This document shows, one piece after another, positions 54,766 through 64,000 of a stretch of 64,000 nucleotides of DNA. Position 1 is the first letter of the stretch. Each line of letters begins with the position of its first letter. The notes under the pieces are model-generated. The model ran no database searches. It was not told where the DNA came from and saw only the letters and a list, made by a program, of their open reading frames with translations. The position numbers were made by a program, and so were the translations under genes. The stretch lies in contig NC_043008.1 in NCBI RefSeq assembly GCF_006345805.1, positions 73,222,001 through 73,286,000 of the forward strand, in the 5' to 3' direction. Origin of the DNA: Octopus sinensis. Lineage: Eukaryota.

Positions 54766-56257
54766 TGTATATACATAGCAATAAAAAGCATTATCTTACA
54801 ACTTAAGAAAAGTATTCTTGACCAAATTATTTTTAACTAAAATTGAAAAAGATTTTTGTGAAACATTGATATAAATAGAAGAGAAAATGTAAAAGAAACT
54901 GAACTAGGCTAATCTTTCTTCCCAGAACCATAAAACTCTTGAAAACTTCAATGTTATCAACAATTGGCCAAGATAGTTCACACTTAAATACTCCATTTGA
55001 CTGAAGTATGAACACATATTCTGGATATAGCTATTTGCTGTAAGAAATATCAGAAGTGCATAATCGGATAACAACAAAGAAATGTTCAGTTTTGGAGTTT
55101 GCTGTAGTTATTTAAAATCCTTCTTTGATCTTGGAGCAGCAAAATCAAAACCATACAAGTGCAATGTTCCGATTAATTATTAATGGTCTCTGTCTGCAAA
55201 AATATTGTGACGTGACAATTTTTCTCTGAGATATATTATTTGTGTACACTTGTGTACACTAAATTCCTAAGAGCGTGAAATCCTGGAGATATTAATAAAT
55301 TCTTTTACTTAAGATCTCATGGGATCATAAATTTACATACTATTTATAAACTTTAAAATATTGTGAATTTAACTGAGCAGTAAATTTTGTTATTTATTAA
55401 TATGAACCTACAAGTCACATTCTTCTTTACAAACAATACACACATATTCTTATGTGTGTGTGTGTATACACATTTTATATAACTATACATACATGTGTAT
55501 GCTTAAATTCTGATAAGTAGATGCATATAGAAATACATAAATACACATAGAAGAGCTATAGTAATTTGTGTACTTATGTCAATCATCTGACCTCACCCTC
55601 TGTGAACAAACCCATAATAGCATTTAAAATGTTTTTCAGATTTCATGCTAATTTCTCAATGTGTCCAAAATGTTGTACTCTCTCTCTTTTTTTTTCTCTT
55701 TCCCTTAATGGGTGTCACCTTCTACTAATTTTTTCTATCACTGTTCATTTATCTCTCACGCTCTCTTCCCTCTTACTCTATTTCTTCTGAATCTATGTAT
55801 GTGAATGTATTTGTGTCTATGTTTGTGCATGAGTGCAAGTACCCTGCAGTCATAAAGAGCACACACTGGATGATGTGCTTCTTGATGTAGACTTTAACTG
55901 GGAAAGTGATGAAGGATCATGACTGGAATACTTTCTGTCATTGATCAGCTTATTAATCATAGTAAAAAATAATAAAGCCACAATATGGTACATCAACCTA
56001 CTAGAAGAAGACGGCAATGTTTCTTCAGGATTGGCATGTTAGCTGTATGAATGGTACATGATCCTTACATTGACATGAAACACAAAAGTTGCAGATACAC
56101 TGAGACATAAGGGAATGAAAGCATTTGTTGAGCTGGAATGACAGAATCACAATATGGCTACAAAAACACAAACAAATTTTTGGCAAGCCATGACATCTAT
56201 TGTTGTCATCATCATCATCATCCTCATCATCATTTAATGTCCATTTTCCATTCTTTT

Positions 56258-56470
56258 CTACTCTAGGCACAAAGCCTGAAATTTGTGGGGAGGGGGCCAG
56301 TTGATTAGATCAACCCCAGTACACAACTGGTACTTAATTTATCGATTCCCGAATGGATGAAAAGCAAAGCTGACCTCAGTGGAATTTGAACTCAGAATGT
56401 AAAGACAGACGAAATACCACTAAGCATTTTACTTGGCATGCTAACGTTTCTGCCTGCTCACCACCTTTAT
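56258..56470 (-). mobile_element. SINE family B
   Basis: Homologous to 35695-35898. Confidence 0.8.
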
Positions 56471-56599
56471 TCTGTCATGGGTTGGCTAGAGAGCTTCCCA
56501 GGTTCCAATTGTCTGCTTTGGCTTGGTCTCCATAGCTGGATGCCCTTCCTAATGCCAACCACTTTATAAAGTGTAGTTTATAGTGTTTACATAGTGCTA

Positions 56600-56820
56600 G
56601 CATAGGTGACTTTATGTAGCATCAGTGAGAATACTCTTTCACTGGCTTGGGTGCTTTTACATGGCACCAGCATGAGTGCTTGTATGTGATACCAGTATGG
56701 GTGTTTATATGTGGTACTAGCACAGGTGCTTTTACATGGCACCAGCATGGGTGCTTTTACAGGGCACTGGTACAGATGCTTTTGCACAGCACCAATGTTG
56801 GTGCTTTTGCATGACACTCG
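56600..56820. repeat. Degenerate 25-bp tandem array (about 8 units, ggtgcttttacatggcaccagcat) within an RTE-type 3' UTR
   Basis: Units read directly; follows the ggatgcccttcctaatgccaacc motif at about 56540. Confidence 0.8.
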
Positions 56821-58121
56821 CAACTGTGAACCCACGAGCCAATATATGTACTGTTAAATTCAATTTAGATGTGTTCAATTTCCCAGCAATACTTTGCCTA
56901 ACTCTTTTAGGGCAAATAGTAGAATGGAATGGAAACTTTGAATTTTAGATCCTATTGTAGCTTCTGCAGAAATATTTGGCAGTTTCTTTAAAAAATAAAG
57001 TAACAGCAGCTTCGTCATGATCGAGCAGCATGAGATTGCAAACTGCTTGGTTTGGATGGTCTGCTCTATGAGTTTTAATGAATAAACTCAGGCTTGTTGG
57101 CTTCTATTGTGTAAGACACTTAACACAACTGGAAGCAGACTGAGAACATACCAAGTTATCAATCATTTAAGTTGAGAAGTGTTAACACTGGAGAAGAAAG
57201 TTGGGAACAAGAGAGACATTGCTGCATTTTTTCATTGATAATTCTGCTAAACACATGAGTTGATGAATGCAAAACTGTGAGATGTGAAGTCTTTCTCCTG
57301 CATGATATTGTTCAGAGACTCTGAGCAACCATTCCACCCCAATGTTTTGCTGCAATGGAAAGTAAGTTGGAAACTGGATAAATTAGGAGACCACTAATGT
57401 CAGTAAAAAAGAATCAAGACAAAAATGACCTCTGACAAAAATAGAAGTGAATGATGGAAGTTCCTCACAAAGATGTACACACTTAAAATTCTTGAGTTTT
57501 ATTTTTCTAATCAGACAGTTTACATAAACCTCTAGAAATCTCAAAGGAAACAAAATAAACTAAGTGTTATTTGTGGAGGAGGGTAGAGAAGGAATACTAA
57601 AGTGTCCAAATAGTTTGTTAAAAACAATGCTAACAAATGACTAAAAGATACCTAGGAAATATAGGAATGTTTGCTTTTCAGGTAAAAGAATTTTACATGC
57701 AAGTTAGGAAAACTTTGTATGCAGAAGAGGAATGAGTTAAAGGTGACTCAGTTCTTTATTGGTGATGGTTTTTCATATCTTTGGAAGAGGGATATTCCTA
57801 TTCATTTTGTGCCCTTATTCATCCATGTGTGTGTTTGTGTGTGTGTGTGTTTCACTTAGGCACAGTGATACTAATAATCTGGAATGCAATATGCATATGC
57901 TTTAGCATTAAGCAATAGTCAAATGCAGAGTATAACAGGAAATTAAATAATTGACAAGGGAACAGGAAATTATGCAATGAACTTCACTAGCTAACAAGTG
58001 TTTCTGCTATAAAGAGCAGTGACACAGATCAGAATGCTCCTGTAGCACCTAATAGCAGTAAAAGCTGTAAGATAACGAAGTTCACAACATGATTTCTTGT
58101 TTCCTTGTCGTTCCTTTACTG

Positions 58122-58124
<3 letters not shown>

Positions 58125-58192
<68 letters not shown>
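58125..58192. repeat. (GT)n microsatellite
   Basis: Direct reading. Confidence 0.95.
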
Positions 58193-58197
<5 letters not shown>

Positions 58198-60049
58198 ATC
58201 CCGTGATTGACCAGTTTATCAGATGTTGCTGTGCATTACTGGTTACGATGCACTTTCCATCATTTTAGCTCTGAAATGATGCCATCCTGCTGGTTAGGCA
58301 AGCAGGCCAACATTCCCCTCTGATCAGAAGGCTACCCACCACAGATTACCTGTTTTCAGCTGAGAGGACTGGAGTCATGCAAAATGAAGTGTTTTGCTCA
58401 AGAATGCAATGTGCTGTTTGTTCCAGGAATCGAACCAACGATCTAGCAATTGTAAGTGCAGCACCCATGCAGCTAAGCCACATGCCTCCACATATATGTA
58501 TAAATATATATATGTATATATGTACAAACATACGAGTATGTATGTGTGTACATACTTTAATTATTGTGACTGAAAGTTTGTTTACAAATGTGCTTCACTG
58601 TAAAAGTAATTAAAAATAAATTCCTAATAAACATTTTTTTCATTGCTGAGTGATTCCGAAAGCTTGTTTTGGGAATAAAAAGACCTCTGTTGTTCTATGC
58701 TAGTTGGTAATGGAATCATAATTTCATTTATTGAAATTGATATGAGAATGGGCCCTGAAAGTCTGGTGGGGACAGTTACAAACACATGCACACATGCACA
58801 CGTGCACGCGCATGCATGCACGCACGCACACGCGCGCACGCACGCACGCACGCACACACGCACACACACATACACACAAACAATGTGCTTCTACACAGTT
58901 TTTGTTAACGAATTCCTAAAGGCATTGGTCAATCTGGGACTAAGACACTTGCCCAGGTATGGAATAGTGGAACTGAACCCAAAACACGATTACAAAGTGA
59001 GCTTCTTAACCACACGCCCATGAAAATATTTCCTTAAAAGCATCTCTAACATACAAAATTCTCAAGACATGCAAACAGCCACAATGTGGTTGTTTGCATG
59101 CATGCACCCACACATAGTTCAATGAACAAATATCTTTTTCTAAGAAAGGAAATAAAATTTTGTTGCTAACATGCATAAAAGCAGAGGTTTTGCAGTCACA
59201 AAGCAAATCTCCAGGTTCATTCAACCATGAAAGCACCATTCATTACGGATATAGCTACTCCTAATAGAGACTTATTTTTACAATCATTTATCAAAATTTT
59301 TACAATCATTTATCAAAACAACATTTATTGCCTTACATACACACATAGAGGCTAAAAAACATGTCCCACCACCAATACATCACAAACAAATTAATAACAC
59401 ACTCTCCCATCTTCAATTACAGCCACCACATCACAAAACTAACCTAAACAACCAGTGAAGAGGCCAGTGATGCAGCATCCAATCAATAAAAGTGAAATGC
59501 AATCCAATGAACAAGCACAAACACCAGCCTCCACTTCCACCTACAGTTACAAGGAATACAAACAGCATATTTTGCACAAAGACTAACCTACACAACTAAT
59601 GAAGAGGGCTGGGAAACAACACTCAGTCAAAAAATGGAACATAAACAAGTGCTAGACCACATACACATGTGAAAGAATATGAATAAATCATCAATGCTGA
59701 CATTTAACAGTTCTTGCCTGGGGATTGGAGTGGCAAGAAACTCAGATCATGGGACAAGCTTTCAGACTGAATGAAATCCATATCCTCTACAACATTCATT
59801 GCGAACTGCTCTTCCAGTTGTGTGAAATAAACCAATAATATGCATGTATGTATGTACACACATACATATATATATATGAAATATTAAGAATTCGGGAGAG
59901 AATCAGGTACTTGAATGGTAGGCACTAGGGTACCAGGTTGGGTCGAATTAACTTGTAAACACCACCTGTAGTTGAATAAATAATACACTGAACTACATCC
60001 AGTTAAATATTTAGGTTATGCATACAGAGAATTTAAAGCCTGGATAAAC

Positions 60050-60505
60050 TCAACAGGCATGGAAGGCCATCAGTTGGACCTGCTTGAGATGTGTGCAGAG
60101 TGACAAAACCCTTCTGCACGCACATGTCCAGTGCCCGAGCATATCTAATATATGGGTTTATGTCAAACATCTACTGTCACATATAAGACATGTCTACTTG
60201 TCGGCTGATTCCATCATGAGGATTGTCCCACCGCCTTCCTTTGGCTGGCAATAGGAGACAATTTTCATCTGTCTCATGGCCATAGTGAAAGAGGTTGTGT
60301 AGTGGTCTAGACTGAAAGGGCTGAAGACAGATACTTTCCTCTTTGACCTACCCCTCATCAACTTTTTCAGATACCATCTGAAAAGGAAAGTGGTGGTTGA
60401 GAGAGAAGTGCTGACTTCCACCAAATTTCTTGAAAGGTGCTCGAATGTGACGAAGATGGTCCATGCTAACAGGCCTACTTTGGGCATACGCTTTTCAGTT
60501 TCCAA
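60050..60505 (+). mobile_element. Tx1/L1-clade LINE 3' fragment
   Basis: TCLRCVQSDKTLLHAHVQCP (zinc knuckle); LINFFRYHLKRKVVVEREVLTSTKFLERC. Confidence 0.7.
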
Positions 60506-60506
60506 G

Positions 60507-60541
<35 letters not shown>

Positions 60542-60762
60542 AAGATGGGGAGAAGGCTTTTGCTCTAGCGGTCAGGGTGCTTATGGATTTTACATGGAGT
60601 TTCCATGTGTAGCACTGAGTTGCTTGCCTCTTTTAGGCATTTTCTTTGTTATACTTTCCATTGTTATTGATTTTTTACACAACACTTTAACCCCACTTTG
60701 TCCATCATGCTTCATAATGTCCAATCTTATTTTTGTCAACCCTTGTGGCTAATAAAGAAAGG

Positions 60763-60818
<56 letters not shown>

Positions 60819-61000
60819 CATCATTATCATTACTATTATTATTAATCATTTGCATGCCATGACTCATTCTGATGTTCCAATGAGTTCATTTAACCACAGA
60901 CAATTAATAGCAGTCACCCTCCCCCCAGCTGTTTAAATAGATTAGAGAAACCTTATGTTTATACTGGCACCATACATATTTTCATATTCCTACTGTACAG

Positions 61001-61113
61001 CACGATTTAAAATATCTGCCATGGAAATATCAGCACATGGAGTAGAACACTCTACTATTAATAAAGAAAGAGATGTGAGTGAAGAAGAGAGGGAATTAAT
61101 GAAAGGAAGAATG
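61001..61113 (+). CDS. Candidate plus-strand exon (113 nt, phase 1-0): ARFKISAMEISAHGVEHSTINKERDVSEEERELMKGRM
   Basis: ttttcatattcctactgtacag|...AGAATG|gtaagg with an open frame. Ambiguous: the purine-rich part also reads as a strong minus-strand polypyrimidine tract. Confidence 0.35.
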
Positions 61114-61749
61114 GTAAGGTTTAATTTTGTTAGATCATGAGCGTGAATAATTGTTTAAGCTTTGGGAATATTTTATTAATTCCATCGCAATTGTTTCACA
61201 CAAGTCTAAAATTGGGACATGCTGCTTCTTAATTTGAAGTCAAGTTTCTCCTTAATAATATATAACATATTCTTGCATACACTTTATAGATATCACCATT
61301 GCATGCATATACACACATACACATGGATATCCATACTTTAAATATATATATCCATATACACATATATCTGTGTGTGTATGCTTATAAATTTATGTGTATA
61401 TCAATTGCACACACACACATGCAACCAGTATGTCAGAATGCTAAAGTAGTTTGCTTCACAACCACAAAATCCCAGGTTCTATCTCACTCTGTGGCACCTC
61501 GGGCAAATGCTATTTTCAATTGCCTTGGTTGCACCCATACTTTGTGAGTAACTAAGGATGGTTAAACTCTCTACAGAAACTCAGTAAAAGAATTCTCGTT
61601 GAGATTCAAAGGTACAGCCTTGTTCCATGAAAGTATTGTGCTGATTCTACATGGGAGTTACATTAAGGCACGTGTCTGTGGAATGCCAGCCTACTTAATT
61701 AAATTCAATGTGTAGTTGTTTTAGTTAATTGAAAACTGAATCTTCATCA

Positions 61750-62070
61750 TTGCAACTGACTGAGATTCATGGACATCCTGAAGTGGGAGGAGGTCACAAA
61801 TGACTACCTACACTGGAGACAAGTATTATGCTAGGGGATGGGGCAAAGAGAAGAGAAACTGAAACTTGCCTTTGAAGTAAAGCTGGCTCAAAGAAAGGAA
61901 ATGTCAGTAGAAACAGTGGAGAGCATCTTCAAATGCAGTTGCTGCATGCAAGACTGCCACCCCCATGTGGGTCTGTACAGCTACAACAGACACTGCATCA
62001 CCATCAGCAGTTGACACAAAATTCTCTTGGCACAGATCCATGGTCTTTTGAGACTGATAGATGCCTATCT
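61750..62070 (+). mobile_element. RTE/BovB LINE 3' end
   Basis: WEEVTNDYLHWRQ..FKCSCCMQDCHPHVGLYSYNRHC, then a short UTR atggtc..gagactgatagatgcct. Confidence 0.75.
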
Positions 62071-62161
62071 ATCTCTTTTTCTTTCTGTCTAAATTATATA
62101 TATGTACATGCACATACACACACACACACATTCTATATAAATATATATGTATATATATATG

Positions 62162-62193
<32 letters not shown>

Positions 62194-62235
62194 ATAATAA
62201 ATCTCTGAGCGAGATATAAACAGTAATTGCTCTAT

Positions 62236-62653
62236 CACATAAGGGGGATCAGCCATCAGAATGTGGCTAGGGACAGGGCAGGGTGGTGGAGGTATTACCG
62301 ATGCATTTAGCCCCAGGCGATCATCGACGTCACCAGAAGGGCCGACACCATCTCGGTGTCCTTGCCAGCCTGCAAAGGGAGATCAGCCTCCCCGAAGATA
62401 CGGATACTACATACGGACCGGTTTCGAGGTTATTGCCTCTTGTCAACGCATGGCAAGTACCGTTCTTCATTGAGGGACTTCCTCTACAGGCTGGATATAT
62501 AGGGATTCTCCCTTTGCAGGCTGGCAAGGACACTGAGATGGTGTCGGCCCTTCTGGTGACGTCGATGATTGCCTGGGGCTAAATGCATCAGTAACACCCC
62601 CACCACCCTGCCCTGTCCCTAGCCACATTCTGATGGCTGATCCTCCTTATGTG
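62236..62653. mobile_element. GC-rich fold-back element/MITE with 147-bp arms and a 124-bp spacer
   Basis: 62236-62382 is the reverse complement of 62507-62653 with 6 mismatches by hand count. Confidence 0.9.
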
Positions 62654-62765
62654 TATATCTATATATATATGTATATGAGAAAAGATCATGGGCATATCTT
62701 GGTACTCTTTTATTCAAATTGTTTATATGTATCAGTATTCAGCAACACATGATACCATTCTACAG

Positions 62766-62911
62766 ATGGAATCAGTGGATGTACCTATTAGGGTCAACAT
62801 GAAGGAAATACATTGTCAGTCAACTGAGAAAGAAATACAAATTAGAGACAAGCAGCAACCAAATTTAAACACATCAGAGGCACATAGTAGAGAGGGAGGA
62901 GGTGGAGATAT
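62766..62911 (+). CDS. Candidate plus-strand exon (146 nt, phase 0-2): MESVDVPIRVNMKEIHCQSTEKEIQIRDKQQPNLNTSEAHSREGGGGD
   Basis: ccattctacag|ATG...GATAT|gtatga; phase-compatible with 61001-61113. Confidence 0.35.
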
Positions 62912-62914
62912 GTA

Positions 62915-63344
62915 TGAGGGGAAGTCAAAAATTATCCGTACTTTCACCATAACATATATTTATTATTGTTACACTACCTTCTGTGTATTCACGTTTATAG
63001 TTGATGTTATTGTTGTTACGTGATTGAAGTTTGAACCTGATCATGCTATTTTTCTTTCTGGTTTTATAGTGTAAGCATGGCCACTCCACTAGCAATGTGT
63101 ACCATAGAAGAACAAAGACCAGTGATACGATTTCTCTGGTTGAAAAGTGTCAGATGCTGAAATACACTGGTGGCTTTTAGCACAATACAGGGCTAGTGCA
63201 CTGCTACAGAGAAATGTGTTTGAGTGGATTGAGAAGTTTAAAAATGACTGGACAAGCATAATGCATGAAGAGGAAGCAGGACACCTGTCAACCTCCACCA
63301 CTGACAAGAAGATTCAGCAAGCTTGAGAGGTGGTAAGGGTGAAC
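62915..63344 (+). mobile_element. 5' half of a second mariner family, truncated
   Basis: TA|tgaggggaagtcaaaaattatccg terminus; MATPLAMCTIEEQRPVIRFLW..EIH..QY..VFEWIEKFKN..EEEAGHLSTS (N-terminal HTH). Confidence 0.85.
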
Positions 63345-64000
63345 CAGTTCACCCTTACCACCTCTTGGATCATGTCTCGGTGAATATGAAAGACAGTCTT
63401 GCATTCATGACTGCAACACACAAATCATTGGGCCATACATTTTCATGTACCATATGTATATATTATATGTGAATATATATATGCACATCCATATATACAT
63501 ATACACATACACATGTATGTACATATGTGTATAAGGTGGTTTTATGCACTCAGTTATTCATAATGTGTGTACATATGTATGTGTGTGTGTGTGTGTGTGT
63601 ATTCATGTATGTGTTTTTGTATGTATGATAAACATAAATATGTGTCTTAGTGAAATCTAGATATGTGATTAAGCAACATGTTCAATCTCTAGGACCAGGA
63701 GTGGAGTACCTTTGAGTAGTTTCATCAGTATTTATTGTCTCATCACAGTAAATACCAATTCCACAGTGTGGCACTATGTTATTGCTTATATATCATCAGT
63801 AACATTATCAGTATCTGCTTTAGTTGGGAAGAACTCATCCAAAAATTGTTTGACGTATCGTGCAAGAACTGATCTTATTTTCAGCAGTTCTTGAAATTGT
63901 AATTTTTGCCTCACATTCTCAGTTAGGACACTTATCAGCATTATCTTTCAAATTTTCCTCTGTAAGTGCTAACACTGTCACCATATTTTTTGCAATCCAC

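Noticed and set aside
54900-55195. Minus-strand protein-like stretch LYPEYVFILQSNGVFKCELSWP
   Set aside because: The strongest acceptor gives frames with stops and there is no good donor; a family guess (e.g. a beta-propeller) cannot be supported.
34592-56820. Possible CRISPR-like or other prokaryotic systems
   Set aside because: The tandem arrays lack unique spacers and lie inside retroelement UTRs; there are no operons, cas-like ORFs, rRNA or intact tRNA genes.

Overview
AT-rich, microsatellite-saturated eukaryotic (metazoan) genomic DNA. The repeat families look like those of a coleoid cephalopod, most likely Octopus; this is inference from recalled repeat families, not a database match. 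No intact long ORF exists, and most ORF-track entries are microsatellite or transposon artefacts. The window is dominated by transposon remnants: two mariner copies, a Tc1-like copy, a near full-length decayed Penelope-like element (PLE) plus other PLE fragments, R4/Dong-like restriction-endonuclease (RLE) LINE fragments, RTE/BovB fragments and their abundant (GAT)n-tailed 3' UTRs, a Tx1/L1 3' end, three tRNA-type SINE families and several MITEs. A few short exons with strong splice signals suggest an unidentified minus-strand gene whose introns span much of the window, and there are weaker plus-strand exon candidates. The most unusual items are: (1) a 575-bp miniature LTR element (45400-45974, 5-bp TSD) whose primer-binding site extends into a 50-nt antisense copy of tRNA-Ser(GCU); (2) a well-formed type I hammerhead ribozyme with a palindromic stem III in a short PLE-type repeat (53647-53739, minus); (3) R4-like elements sitting in different microsatellites; and (4) several long fold-back or inverted-repeat structures that could form dsRNA.
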